The notes under the pieces are model-generated. The model saw nothing but the letters and a program-made list of their open reading frames with translations, ran no database searches and was not told the DNA's origin. This document shows, one piece after another, positions 8,118 to 19,200 of a stretch of DNA of 64,000 nt. The translations under genes and the position numbers were made by a program. How positions within the stretch are numbered: the first letter of the stretch is position 1; each line of letters opens with the position of its first letter. Source of the stretch: a virus (taxonomy: Duplodnaviria > Caudoviricetes); IMG/VR virus record IMGVR_UViG_3300048995_000010, positions 35,351 to 99,350 of that record; one strand, written 5' to 3'.

Positions 8118-10505
8118 TTATTTTTCGCCTACTACTTTATTTCGCAAGGCTACCTTGGCCTTCTTATCCTCTATACGTTCCTTACTCTTCATCTCCTTAT
8201 TTCTCTGTGTCAATTCACGTAGCTGCATTCTATCCTGTTGGGCCATTTCCATTGTCTTTAGTCTACTCTGTTGAGTTAGTTCCAGTGTTTTCATGTATTT
8301 ATCATAGATGGCTGAAGCATCTGGGACATCACTTACAGTTTCATCTCTTGAAAGTAGAGCAGCCGAATCCATATCCATCTGTCCTTCCAGTAGAGCAAGT
8401 CTTTCTTTCCACTGGTATTCATGTTCCTGTAACTGAATCTTCAGGTCGGTCTTCATAGCCTCGATAGCTGCTAGTCTTTTATCAGCATGTTCCTCAGCCT
8501 GTGCTTCAGACTCTTGTTGTTGTTGGGCCTGACGGGCCTGTATATCTTCTAATTTCAGAAGTTTCGAGCGAATCTCTGCCATGTTCGAGGCTTCGATGAT
8601 TTCTACTGTCATAGAAGGGCTGAGACCATTCTGTACCATAGGCTGTAGTAACTGCTTGAGGGTATTTACCTTGTCCTGTTCCTGAGGGGACCTGGACAGT
8701 AGAATACCCATGTCAGCATTACAATAAGCTACCGGGTCAATATCCAGGAGCTCATGGTCGTAAGTCGAGCCGTTGTATAAACCTTTCACTCCATCTACAT
8801 TAAGAAACTTAGACAGGTCAATGAGCCCCTGCATGTCAGTTTCCAGAAAGTCTTCAAATCCCAAGAACACAAGGTCAGTAACCAGGTTAGACTGGAAGAT
8901 GGCTTGTGATGTGGCCCCAGGCTGTGAACTGGCTGAGGTTTCTCCCCTTCTCTGTGGAGTAAAACCGGTAGTAAGATCCCACTGCTGTCTGCAGTAGTCT
9001 AATATCTCAATGAGTTCTTTGATATCTTTGAAAGTGGACATATCCAGTACTGTATACTGGTTCCAGGATTTATCTACGCCAGCCTGGTTTCTATTTAGCA
9101 GACCATATCCTTGGGCCTCAGCGTAGTAGAAGAACTTCTCTTCATCCCAGCCCTTAGAGTTGGGAATAGCATTCTTATCAATCAGGAGTATCTTTCCTTT
9201 ATTTTTGGCGATGGTCTTCTCTAGTTGGTAATTGACGATCATGAACAAGGTCTGGAATGGTACACCTTGTTTTAGCAGAGAGAATATATGGTTGGATGTA
9301 GGAGAGAACTTAGCACCATTGTAAGACAGCTTACAGGAAGAGAAGTTGTTCATGGCATTTCTCTGTACCGGTACAGCTCTTGGATTTACATAGATGTCAT
9401 TGCCTATCCTCCAGACTTCATATGACTCATTACCCCAAAATGTCTCTGACTTTTCTCCTTCCTGTACTACATAATCCTCATCTACCTGTTCTTCTGATAG
9501 ATCTCCATTCTCATCAACAGACATAATTGTCTTCATCTTCTTTCTGGCCTTGAACTGGCAATGATAGACAGGAATCTTCCCTTGAGTGACATCACCATAC
9601 ACAGTATTAAGGTGAGCTCCGAAGGTATCTGCAGAATACATGAGAGGACGTTTGTCCATATCCAGGAGATCCTGTGTCTTAATATCCTCATAGAACTTAT
9701 CTACTATGTCTGACATTGTATACCACTGACGACGGACTATCCACTCTCCATCTTCAATAAATTCTATATGAGGACTCTTATCATAGCGGATCTCTCTTGG
9801 GTCTACTCTCTCATAAACCAGGTCTCCATGTTCAATATTTTTGTAGGAGAATACACCCCCAGCAACCAGCCAGTCCAAAAACATGATCCTACGCTTACGA
9901 TGTATCCGGTATTCATCCAATGCCCGATTAAGCCATTTCTGCCCATCAACTGCCAAGGAATCTTTGTAAGAAAGTTTGTGCTTCTCCTGCACTTCCCATG
10001 GCATCTCAATCTCTTCTGGTTGAGGGATTTCATTCATAGGAATCCCTTTTTCCAGCGCACTCTGCTGGATCATTTGAATGAAATGCTCTGTCATATTCTG
10101 AGCAAGTTTCTCCTGCAGTTGTGAAGTATACCGGATGTATCCGTCTTCTCCTCTATTGACTACCTGATAGATAAAGGGCCGGCGATAGTATTCTCCTACC
10201 AACTGATCAATATTGGTCCTGAGAATGTTGGTAGCTCTGATCTTTGCCGGGAATCGTTTGTGCTGTGGATTCTTTGCAGCCAGGGGATTGGTTATGTGAC
10301 TAAACCAGCTGGATGGAAATTCATTGTTGTAGATATCATAGAGTTGATTCAATTCTCCATCCGGTTCATTTGTATACCGGAATAGACCAGACTGTGAAAT
10401 ATAGTAATCAGCAGTTCTTTTGAACCACTCATAATTCTTGGCAATCTTCTCACTCCAGGATACTTGTTGTAAGGGACGATTGAACGTGTTTACGTATGAA
10501 CTCAT
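8118..10505 (-). CDS. Portal protein
   Basis: 795 aa directly after TerL; long C-terminal coiled coil; GFTPQRRG motif typical of crAss portals. Confidence 0.9.
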   Translation of the reverse strand: MSSYVNTFNRPLQQVSWSEKIAKNYEWFKRTADYYISQSGLFRYTNEPDGELNQLYDIYNNEFPSSWFSHITNPLAAKNPQHKRFPAKIRATNILRTNIDQLVGEYYRRPFIYQVVNRGEDGYIRYTSQLQEKLAQNMTEHFIQMIQQSALEKGIPMNEIPQPEEIEMPWEVQEKHKLSYKDSLAVDGQKWLNRALDEYRIHRKRRIMFLDWLVAGGVFSYKNIEHGDLVYERVDPREIRYDKSPHIEFIEDGEWIVRRQWYTMSDIVDKFYEDIKTQDLLDMDKRPLMYSADTFGAHLNTVYGDVTQGKIPVYHCQFKARKKMKTIMSVDENGDLSEEQVDEDYVVQEGEKSETFWGNESYEVWRIGNDIYVNPRAVPVQRNAMNNFSSCKLSYNGAKFSPTSNHIFSLLKQGVPFQTLFMIVNYQLEKTIAKNKGKILLIDKNAIPNSKGWDEEKFFYYAEAQGYGLLNRNQAGVDKSWNQYTVLDMSTFKDIKELIEILDYCRQQWDLTTGFTPQRRGETSASSQPGATSQAIFQSNLVTDLVFLGFEDFLETDMQGLIDLSKFLNVDGVKGLYNGSTYDHELLDIDPVAYCNADMGILLSRSPQEQDKVNTLKQLLQPMVQNGLSPSMTVEIIEASNMAEIRSKLLKLEDIQARQAQQQQESEAQAEEHADKRLAAIEAMKTDLKIQLQEHEYQWKERLALLEGQMDMDSAALLSRDETVSDVPDASAIYDKYMKTLELTQQSRLKTMEMAQQDRMQLRELTQRNKEMKSKERIEDKKAKVALRNKVVGEK

Positions 10506-10525
10506 AGGGACTGTGTTTTCAGGTA

Positions 10526-12646
10526 CTACCCCAAACTTACGACTTCTTCCTCGCTTTGCTCATGCTCGTCATAGAAGTCCCTGTTGAAGTAGTCATCCTT
10601 GTTCTCTGAATCTCCACCCCCTGTAGACTCCTGGAAGGCATTTTCCTTTAGCATGATAACCCCAATAATCAGACAGGATAATGTATCAGCATTTCTCTTT
10701 CCATTATACTTGGCCAGCTCCATCATGCCCACTATGTCATACCATCGGTGGAGTCTCATCACTTTTTCTCCAGTTTCAGTAATAGCCCGGGTTTCCTGGT
10801 GCCAATCTCTCACGTAGGTAATACCTATACGTTTTTTCTCTGTAGGCATGGCCATGAGGTAAGATCCTACTCTGCCTTTAGACATGTACTCCTTATTATG
10901 TGCCATCTCAGGTTCTTTTTCCAACAGGTGTAATTTATGCGCTGCCCTGGCATAGTTTACCAGGGTTTGACCCCCACCCCCAATTTCCCCTTGGATAGTG
11001 GTGTTATACATCTCCGCAAGCATGATATTGATCTCATGGATATCATCCAGGTTATCACGGCGCCCACGGAACCAGGCTACTGGTAATCCTTCATTGATGG
11101 TATCGATATTATTGTAGTTCTTTAGGACCTGAATAGAGTATAGGGACTCATTGGTACCACTCTCTTCTTTCTCTGAAGTTTGCTCAATGGCAAAGGCATC
11201 AAAAATCACCTGGTATAACTTATAAGGTACCTGTCCCCGTTCATTCTTGTAAGGTTCTTCTACTATTGTAACACATCCTTCCAGGTTATCTCCTCTCTTG
11301 TGTGGGTAGGACTCTATCGGTCGGGCTTCAGCTTTTGTTTGTATGATAAATTTGGGATGACCAGTCTTACGGTCCCGCTCCAGGTATCCATGTCTAAGCA
11401 GAGACTGGATCATGGGGGAATTTTTAACAAACCTGATCTGCTTGTTAAGTTCTGAAACCTTGAATGGGTTGTTATTGATCCGCTTGAGTGCTTCCTGAGG
11501 AGTCCAGGGATACTCGGCAATATAGTCGTCATAATCCTTGGGATCCTTGGACTTCTTCTTTCTTGCCCGGGCCTTCTTTTCCAGTTCTATTGCTAACTCT
11601 ACATCCGCATTACCATCAGCATCTATGGCAGCATTGTTCACCCGATAAGCAGGACAGAAGTACCCACAGGTTGTTTCTGCCAGTTCTCCTTCTTCCAGAG
11701 CATTAGGGAACTCCAGCATGTCAAAAACTTCAGGAGAATCAAAAACATCCTCAAGACCCTCGATACCAGGACCTTCTTCACCACCAGTTCCCAGTACTGT
11801 CTGCTGTCCTACGTAGATGTCACCATCCTTAATAGAACCCAGAGAAATATTGAGAGCCTTCTTCAGATCCTTAAATGATCCCCCTTCTTCGAAAAGAATC
11901 TTACGACCACGTTTACCCCGGGTCTTGTTGGGGTCATTTACAATTACCCCTATAATCTCCGACATGTCTCCCTGCTCTACACCGAAAGCATCATAGTAGG
12001 ATGCCTTCCTGTGCATGTCAGTATTATGTCTTTGCCGGTTCTGCTTCCATTCCTGAGAGTGCTGGTTAATCCAGTCCAGCATCGGTTGTACCTTATTAAG
12101 TACACCATCAGTAGTAAGATACTCTTCAATGCCCGCAAAGTAATAAGATTTGGAACCGGGAATGAAGTTATAGTTATATACACCATCCCACGCTTCCATG
12201 TACGAGAATCCACCCCCACGAGCCTTGAGACATCCAATGTGCTTACCCCCAGGTGAGTTAATTCCCATGAATGTCCCGCCATGCCAGGCAATATGCTTGA
12301 ACATGAACCACTCATACTGTATCTCCCAGAACCTGGGAAACTCGAATGTCTTCTCAGCTGTTTTTATAGAGATACGGCCTTTACCATCTTTTCTTTCATT
12401 ATAAGCTTTAAGAGCAATGTCATCTGGTACCTTCCACATCACAGAGTGATTCAGGTATCCGTAGTACCTACCAGGGATCCAGAGTCCCGCTACTGTATAA
12501 CCTTCTCTACATCTACGTTCTTCTTCTTCCCAAAAATCAATGTATTCCCGGGAACCTACAGGCGCCTTGGTGTACTGTCCCCCATTCTTTAAGAAATCTC
12601 TGGCGGTATAGGAGAACTGAGCTGTATTGGTGAGATTATGAAACAT
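10526..12646 (-). CDS. terL: Terminase large subunit
   Basis: KARGGGFSY Walker A-like, ILFEEGG Walker B, GTGG coupling motif, C-terminal RNase H-like nuclease. Confidence 0.92.
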   Translation of the reverse strand: MFHNLTNTAQFSYTARDFLKNGGQYTKAPVGSREYIDFWEEEERRCREGYTVAGLWIPGRYYGYLNHSVMWKVPDDIALKAYNERKDGKGRISIKTAEKTFEFPRFWEIQYEWFMFKHIAWHGGTFMGINSPGGKHIGCLKARGGGFSYMEAWDGVYNYNFIPGSKSYYFAGIEEYLTTDGVLNKVQPMLDWINQHSQEWKQNRQRHNTDMHRKASYYDAFGVEQGDMSEIIGVIVNDPNKTRGKRGRKILFEEGGSFKDLKKALNISLGSIKDGDIYVGQQTVLGTGGEEGPGIEGLEDVFDSPEVFDMLEFPNALEEGELAETTCGYFCPAYRVNNAAIDADGNADVELAIELEKKARARKKKSKDPKDYDDYIAEYPWTPQEALKRINNNPFKVSELNKQIRFVKNSPMIQSLLRHGYLERDRKTGHPKFIIQTKAEARPIESYPHKRGDNLEGCVTIVEEPYKNERGQVPYKLYQVIFDAFAIEQTSEKEESGTNESLYSIQVLKNYNNIDTINEGLPVAWFRGRRDNLDDIHEINIMLAEMYNTTIQGEIGGGGQTLVNYARAAHKLHLLEKEPEMAHNKEYMSKGRVGSYLMAMPTEKKRIGITYVRDWHQETRAITETGEKVMRLHRWYDIVGMMELAKYNGKRNADTLSCLIIGVIMLKENAFQESTGGGDSENKDDYFNRDFYDEHEQSEEEVVSLG

Positions 12647-13392
12647 TAGTCTTCTTCCTCCTCACTGGTAAGTTTTTTCAAATATGCTCCCATCTTCCTG
12701 AAGTCTACTTTATCTTCTACAAGGACTATATTCTCATCTTCTAATGCTTCATCAATTGAGTTCTGTACCTCAGTCGAAACAGGACCAGTACCTTCCATCC
12801 AATCTTTCTTTCGTTTACCTTCTTTAGCCCCCAGAGTAGCTGTACCACGGATAGTATTTCCACCTTCCTGCTTGAGTGATTCCATTACCCGGCGCTCCAT
12901 AGTATTGATCGCATCATAAGCCGCATTGATGTTCTTGGCATACATGGTAATGGAATTGGGAGTATACTTTGGTTTACCTTGTTTGTCTGCTTCATTAAAA
13001 TTTATTGTCTCCAGAAACTCATTCATCTTATCCATGGCGGCATATAATCCCCGGAGAGCTTTGAGTGCCGGTACACTCTCATGTTGCATTTCCTCATACT
13101 TTTTGATAGCATCCTGTACTTTCTGTTCCTGGATATCTCCTTCTTTAAGCTGCATAGCCTTCAAGGCTTCATTATGCCGGGCTTCTTTTGTCCAGGTAAA
13201 GTGTGGAGAAGCAAAGTCTGTAGTGAGATAGATGTATCCAAAAATTCTGTGCTGCATCAGTTTCTTTCTGCCATCAGCGTCTCCTTCACACTTCCATACT
13301 CTATGAAGGATCAATGAAAACTCAGGGATGAGGTGAAGCCATTCTTTATTAAGGTCAATCTCATTATTGACCATCACAAATAGTCTTTTCAT
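12646..13392 (-). CDS. Conserved crAss protein upstream of TerL (small terminase candidate)
   Basis: Helical 248 aa, translationally coupled to terL. Confidence 0.5.
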   Translation of the reverse strand: MKRLFVMVNNEIDLNKEWLHLIPEFSLILHRVWKCEGDADGRKKLMQHRIFGYIYLTTDFASPHFTWTKEARHNEALKAMQLKEGDIQEQKVQDAIKKYEEMQHESVPALKALRGLYAAMDKMNEFLETINFNEADKQGKPKYTPNSITMYAKNINAAYDAINTMERRVMESLKQEGGNTIRGTATLGAKEGKRKKDWMEGTGPVSTEVQNSIDEALEDENIVLVEDKVDFRKMGAYLKKLTSEEEED

Positions 13393-13640
13393 GTGGTAGG
13401 TTTTTGAGGTTTAACCACCTTGGTCTTTGGTGAAGATTTACCATAGGTTTCATATTTCAACTTCTTTAGGTTCACCTTAAAAATCCCCAGTAGTGGTATT
13501 CTCACGTTTTCCAGTCTTCCACTCTCTATTGTCTGGTCAATGTACTGCTCGTAATGGTTGATAGTTTGAGACACCGTGAAATAACTTTCTCCGGTCATCT
13601 GTGCTACAAGTTTGATCAGTTCTTTCTCCATAGGGTACAA
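13389..13640 (-). CDS. HU/IHF-like DNA-binding protein
   Basis: ELIKLVAQMTG...VRIPLLGIFKV pattern of the HU fold. Confidence 0.7.
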   Translation of the reverse strand: MYPMEKELIKLVAQMTGESYFTVSQTINHYEQYIDQTIESGRLENVRIPLLGIFKVNLKKLKYETYGKSSPKTKVVKPQKPTT

Positions 13641-13752
13641 ATTAAGAAGGCCCCCAAAGTGGGAGCCCCTTACTTTTTAAAATCAGGTCTCATAGGCGGA
13701 ATGGATCTTCATAGGGGCCTACTTAGAGGCTGTTGTTATATGTGCGGATGGG

Positions 13753-14034
13753 TTAGTCCTGGAAATGTGCTGTCAATCCTTTAATAGTAAAGACACATGC
13801 TTTCTCTAAAGCAGCTTGAGCTACTGCAAATTCTCTGGCAGTTCTGTTCTTCCAATCAGTGTCTTTTTCAATTCTGGCGAGTTCCTTGTTCTTGAGAAGT
13901 TCTATTTGATCCCACATATCTGCATATCGTTGCTTGGCCTCATCTACCATTGGATCTTTGCTAGGATTGAAACTTGCTCGCATTACTTTCTGACCATTTG
14001 AGAGAACTGGCTTTGTTTGTATACTGGCTTCCAT
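13753..14034 (-). CDS. Acb2/Tad1-like helical-hairpin protein (putative nucleotide-signal sponge)
   Basis: FNPS..VDEAKQ...REFAVAQAALEKACVFTIKGLT resembles the Acb2/Tad1 hairpin family; own promoter TATATTCG at 14052-14059. Confidence 0.6.
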   Translation of the reverse strand: MEASIQTKPVLSNGQKVMRASFNPSKDPMVDEAKQRYADMWDQIELLKNKELARIEKDTDWKNRTAREFAVAQAALEKACVFTIKGLTAHFQD

Positions 14035-14130
14035 AATAGCTGTTGTTTTAACGAATATAGGGTGTTTGTACATACTAACAAAAATCCCAGTGTGAAAACA
14101 CCGGGATTTCTATGAAAACTAATAGTCGTA

Positions 14131-14547
14131 CTACTTGCAGAACAGATATATGAATGATGTGATTATTGATAGATGCTTCAGTACTGCGCTCAGTAGTCTT
14201 GGTTCTATATGCAGTATGCCGGCCACTTTACGCTGCAGTATATCCCACTGAGCTGTAAATCCAATGTAGAACCACTCCCGTTTTAGTACCCAGGTGTTAA
14301 CTGCTCCATCCAGAAAGTACCAGATGAGTGCCCAAGTGAGCAGGCCGTAAGCAGCTCCCCACAACAGTGAAATGGACACTCCCATCCATATGTGTATGAA
14401 ACCCCCAGCCGCGTGCCACCATTTCTTCTGCAAATTGTCCTGCACAGTATTGTTTGGCGTAATTGTGTCCTTTAGGAAGAATACCATCTGTAAGATAAGT
14501 GAAGCCACTCCTGTAAGTATCCACAGGAAGATGAGAATTTCTTTCAT
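14131..14547 (-). CDS. Multi-pass membrane protein (lysis region)
   Basis: Several hydrophobic helices; likely start MKEILIF. Confidence 0.6.
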   Translation of the reverse strand: MKEILIFLWILTGVASLILQMVFFLKDTITPNNTVQDNLQKKWWHAAGGFIHIWMGVSISLLWGAAYGLLTWALIWYFLDGAVNTWVLKREWFYIGFTAQWDILQRKVAGILHIEPRLLSAVLKHLSIITSFIYLFCK

Positions 14548-14935
14548 AAGAAGATTTTTTAGGTAGGGTAGCACCCCCGTCAGATTTAGCTTCTGTACCC
14601 CTGAGCCATGGAAGACATAACACAGTAATAGCCAAAGCTACAAATAGAATACTCAGGCCTAACTCCCCTCTCCAGTTTTTACCAAACCAGGCGCCAGTTT
14701 CGTTGACATAAGCCAGGAGCAAAAACAAGAGACAAAGGATGATCCCTACCCATACCAGGAGCCAGAAGTGAGGTACAAGCGCTACTGCTTCCCAGCCGGT
14801 AATGGTATACGTTTTAGTGTAAGAGGAGTAGGTACTTGAGGTGTTCAGGAATCGGTTTGCTGCATAGATTAGCATCGCCAGGATTACTGGAAGTAATAGC
14901 CAGGCCGGATTGATCTTTTTGCTTTTTGTTGTCAT
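14297..14935 (-). CDS. Membrane protein with 3 TM segments; C-terminal extension doubtful
   Basis: N-terminal ~125 aa hydrophobic; about 250-nt overlap with the next gene suggests a frameshift at the A6 run near 14556. Confidence 0.5.
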   Translation of the reverse strand: MTTKSKKINPAWLLLPVILAMLIYAANRFLNTSSTYSSYTKTYTITGWEAVALVPHFWLLVWVGIILCLLFLLLAYVNETGAWFGKNWRGELGLSILFVALAITVLCLPWLRGTEAKSDGGATLPKKSSYERNSHLPVDTYRSGFTYLTDGILPKGHNYAKQYCAGQFAEEMVARGWGFHTHMDGSVHFTVVGSCLRPAHLGTHLVLSGWSS

Positions 14936-14957
14936 GCTGTTGATTTTTGATGATAAA

Positions 14958-15584
14958 TTATTTGATTCTCCAGAGTGGTTGATAGAATGTTACCCCTTTA
15001 TGCCACTGCCCATTCATACGAAGAATGTCTACTTTAAAGTGTTGTCCCTTCCTGTTAATGTATCCCAGGTCCAGGTGTCCCCCTGAGAACAGGATAGTCT
15101 TGGAATTATAGAATCCACCACCAAAGTAGACCATGGCAGGTGCTACTGTTTTTGTAACAGTCTCACTATAAACCTGTACATCCCATTGCCTGCCTATAAT
15201 GTCATTATTATATACAGAGTCTGTCAAATTAATTCTAGCCCCCCGGGTAATGAAACTGTCCTTCTTTATTCTCAGGGAGTAGTAATCCCGGATAATAGCC
15301 TCTGTATCCACTTTGACTGGGATATCCTTGACTGTTTCCCACTTACTCCCATCTACCTCAAAAGCCTTGGGTAAGTCTGGATAGATGACTGCACCAGGCC
15401 TGTATACTGTATCTGTTCCCGGGTGAGTTACTACCTGATACTTCTTTAGAATAGCCTGGGTATCTACACTCAATACTGCTGGATTGTCTGATTGCTTTGG
15501 TTGTTTGGTGCACTGCTGCAAGTAGAGAATGTAGATAACCAAGCCTACGATGATAGCACCTGCTGTTGGTATTTTGTAATTCAT
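14958..15584 (-). CDS. Putative spanin-like protein
   Basis: N-terminal TM ending in QQC, C-terminal amphipathic beta strands; adjacent to holin-like genes. Confidence 0.45.
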   Translation of the reverse strand: MNYKIPTAGAIIVGLVIYILYLQQCTKQPKQSDNPAVLSVDTQAILKKYQVVTHPGTDTVYRPGAVIYPDLPKAFEVDGSKWETVKDIPVKVDTEAIIRDYYSLRIKKDSFITRGARINLTDSVYNNDIIGRQWDVQVYSETVTKTVAPAMVYFGGGFYNSKTILFSGGHLDLGYINRKGQHFKVDILRMNGQWHKGVTFYQPLWRIK

Positions 15585-15964
15585 AGATCTGTTTCCTGTT
15601 TTCCGTCTGCAATATTAGTTTTCTTGTCGACGATATGGAGTATTGCCTTACGATACTTACTGAGCCTGGTAGCAATACCAGATCCAATGAATCCTACTCC
15701 ACAGGCTCCCCATCTGATCTTTTCAATCCAGGTAGGTTTCCAGTTAAGTATCTCTGGAAGTCCTATCAGAATGATAATACCAATGAGTTGTACTGTAATA
15801 AAGATGTTCCAGTCCCGATTCCACCATCTTCTTAAGGAGAAATCTTCATTGGATTTTTGATAGAGTTCTCTGAGGGCAGGTACATCAATGGCAAAGAAAC
15901 ATACTGCTTGTCCTAGTAAAAACATGAGGACAATCCAAATGTAAAGTTCTGTTGTAATTGTCAT
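15581..15964 (-). CDS. Putative holin
   Basis: Three TM helices and a basic C-terminus. Confidence 0.5.
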   Translation of the reverse strand: MTITTELYIWIVLMFLLGQAVCFFAIDVPALRELYQKSNEDFSLRRWWNRDWNIFITVQLIGIIILIGLPEILNWKPTWIEKIRWGACGVGFIGSGIATRLSKYRKAILHIVDKKTNIADGKQETDL

Positions 15965-15969
15965 AGGGA

Positions 15970-16278
15970 TTATTTTGAGAGTGATTGATCTAATTTTTGT
16001 TGAGCTTCTATCCTAATGGTTCTTTCTCTAACATCTCTCATATCCAGTTGTATCTGGTTTATATAGAGTTTGTTGTCATTCATATAATTCGTCTGTTGTA
16101 GGTCATGTTCCTGGAGTTTAGTAACATCATTATTGATCTTGAAGAGGAATCCAGCACAGGCGATTATTCCCCCGGAAGCTATTGATAGTAGAAAGCTATG
16201 CCAGTCTATCCTCTTTGTTTCCTGTGATGATCCGTTTGCTGATGCCATGAGTGCGATTTTTGGTTGTGTTGATTGCAT
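15970..16278 (-). CDS. Single-TM coiled-coil protein (holin/antiholin-like)
   Basis: One TM followed by a coiled coil; lysis cluster. Confidence 0.45.
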   Translation of the reverse strand: MQSTQPKIALMASANGSSQETKRIDWHSFLLSIASGGIIACAGFLFKINNDVTKLQEHDLQQTNYMNDNKLYINQIQLDMRDVRERTIRIEAQQKLDQSLSK

Positions 16279-16298
16279 ATGACGATTTAGGTTTTAGC

Positions 16299-19200
16299 TC
16301 AACGAACTCTACGGGCTCTTATAGAACCAACGAACTGTGGATTTCCTACAGTAAATGACGACTGTGTATTCAGGTAGTACGTAGTCGTACCACTTAATGA
16401 AACTCTATAAGATGGTATTGCATCAGAAAATTTCGATGTACCCAGTAAGGCCGCTTGTGGAACATAACTTATATTCTGACCTTCAGTAGCACCTGACGCA
16501 CTTGCAGTCGTTGTACTTACAACAAAGATGGCATTTGAAGCTGCTGTTATTGTCGCTGAATTTGAATTGTAAGTAAAGAATGCAGACAGATCCCAATCAC
16601 CAGCTGTCAGTGTGATGGATGTTATGTTCTGATACGTAGCAGTTGTAGTGTAGTTGGTATATGTACTGATAGTGGAATTTACTTCTTCCCCAATGTTTCC
16701 TACTACTGCATTGTTATTGGTTGCTGTTCCTACAATTGAATTAGTGGTTCCGAATGTTGCATTACCATTCCCGTCTAAGGTCATTATAGTAGCTAAAGAC
16801 CCACTGTTTACTCCTGTGATATAGAATTGAGAAGTCCTGGTAGCATGTGTAGCATCAGTCCATTTCCATATTAACTGACCAGCAGTAGGTGTAAAATGAC
16901 CATCATCTTCTATTACTAAATCAAGTGATCCACCAATACCATTCGCAGCAGTACCCGTACTAGATCTATCTAGCTGTAATACTTCCTGAATAGTATTTGT
17001 TGATGAGGGTGTTGAATATATCTTTGCCCCTCTCATACTATTACTGCTTATTACTGCCCCTTCACTGTTTTGCCCTGTGGCTATTAGTCCAGTGCTTGTC
17101 CCGAATGCTCTTAGACCTATATTGGTAGATTGTGCGTCAACGCCAATTAGTGATCCAATTGAATACAACCCAGTACTGGTTGTACCACTATTGACTATAG
17201 AGACAAGTGTATCTGAATTATTAGTACCATCAAACCTGAGTGTAAATCCACCACTTGATACATTTCTATCTGCCACCAGTGTCCCATTACCATTATATAT
17301 CGTAGTGGTAGTTCCTGCTGCAACTGTGTCTCTAAGAGATAACAAACCATTTGCATCCGCAACTATCATCTTTATGGTACCGGAGGTAGTCGGTGGGGTG
17401 CTGCCGGTTGCAAGTCCGGGAATGAATATCTTTCCCAAATCTGTATTATCTATTCTGAAAGTCCTAGTGAAAGTAGTGCTATCTGTATTGTCGATGAATC
17501 CAAAATCAAAAGTTCTTCCGGTAAATCCATCCGTAAAGAATCTCAGTGCGCCTGTTCCTGACCCGGAGAAACCCATCCCAAACCTTAGATGTAAGCCCCC
17601 GCCGTCACCCCTATATATCAGCCATTTCTGATCATCAATCACATTATCTCCTTTTATAGTAAGGCCACTGTTCATCGAGACAGTATTATTAAAATCAGAC
17701 GTAGGCGTCACTTTTAAATGTGTTAATATCTCCGTATTTATATTATCAACATGAAATATATGTGTCGCTATAGTGCTATCTGAATTATCTATTTTGTCCA
17801 CAGTGAACCCGGTACCATTAAATCCATCGACAAATGCTCTTAGCGTTCCACCGCTACCGTAAGTTCCCAAATCGAATCCGTAATGCTGTGTGAGTCCACC
17901 GCCACTACCTCTATACAAAGTCCATTTAAAAGGTGTAAGGTCAGCGTCTCCTCTTATTATTAACCCCTTTCGTATAGTGGTAGCATTTAAGATATCACCA
18001 ACAAGATTCAATGTCCCGCCTATATATTGTGTCCCATGAGTTGAGTCATCACCTAAGTTATCAACCCCGCGCAGATATGTTCTACCAAAGTTTGTGATTG
18101 CCTTGAACACATGCAGCACATTGGCTTTTACATACTGTACGGAATCAAGTACTGTTGAATTTAATAATCCTGTTGCTAGACTTAGTTGTCCTTTTATACT
18201 TAGATGCACACTATCATTGATTAGATTGTCATGATCCGCGTCCAGATGTGTGAAGGAATCAAAGCACTTTACTCCCTTTTCTGCACATACATGCATTGTT
18301 GCAAGTCTTAAATTTCTATCACATGCAATATTTGATGGATTGGGCGTACCGGTTAGAACAACTATTTTCTCTAAAGGATATGACCTGTTAATATGCAATG
18401 AATCTATCATCGCAATAAGGTGTGTACGCCAGGTAGTGCTATCTGTGTTGAATATTGAACATTCGTTGACTTGATAGTTACCTATAAGTAGATATCTGGT
18501 TGACTGATCATATACAGGAATAGTGGGTAGCTTGGCTTCCATTGATGAATCACATGTAAGTCCACATCCCCCATGATTGATGAGGGTGGTGCCACTTGTC
18601 GCTCTGTTGTTGTTATACAAACCCAAACTGGCAGCAACTTGTTCAACCCATATAGCCTTTTGAATAGGATCACCAGGAATAACTCCGGCATCAATACTAA
18701 CTCCAAATGTTAGCATTGATTCAGTCCACCCAACCCGGGCAGTGTCCTTATTACTGAACTGACCATTGGTAGCTAAAACATAATGACCTTGAAAGATGGT
18801 GTCATGTTTTGTCTGTACTGATCCCTGATCAAAAGTTTGCTGCAGTGTTTGACTACCCCCACTCCCGGCAGGCGTTGTAAAAGTACCATCTTCAGAAAGA
18901 TACTTTGTAGATGAGGGAGATCCGGATGCTGCAGGTACAAGTCCCTTTAAACTAGCGCCGAATGTATTAAGTTCTGCAGTCAACTGTGTAGCAGTAAGAT
19001 CAATTGCATTAGCAGTGGAACCTGTGTTATTCCCCTTGAATGTATGAGCTGCCATCTGTGCAGTCTTTGCATTAGTAACAGCATTACTACTTATGGTTGC
19101 AGCAACTGAGCCTGGCCCAGTGAATACAACATCTCCTGTTCCGGCTGTAACATAGTTACCTGTTGGTTGCTTACCATTTATCTGAGTCTGAAGTGCAGAA

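Noticed and set aside
10526-12646. Inteins or group I introns in TerL (also checked PolA, DnaB, MCP)
   Set aside because: ORFs are continuous and of normal length, with no intein-like insertions or LAGLIDADG motifs
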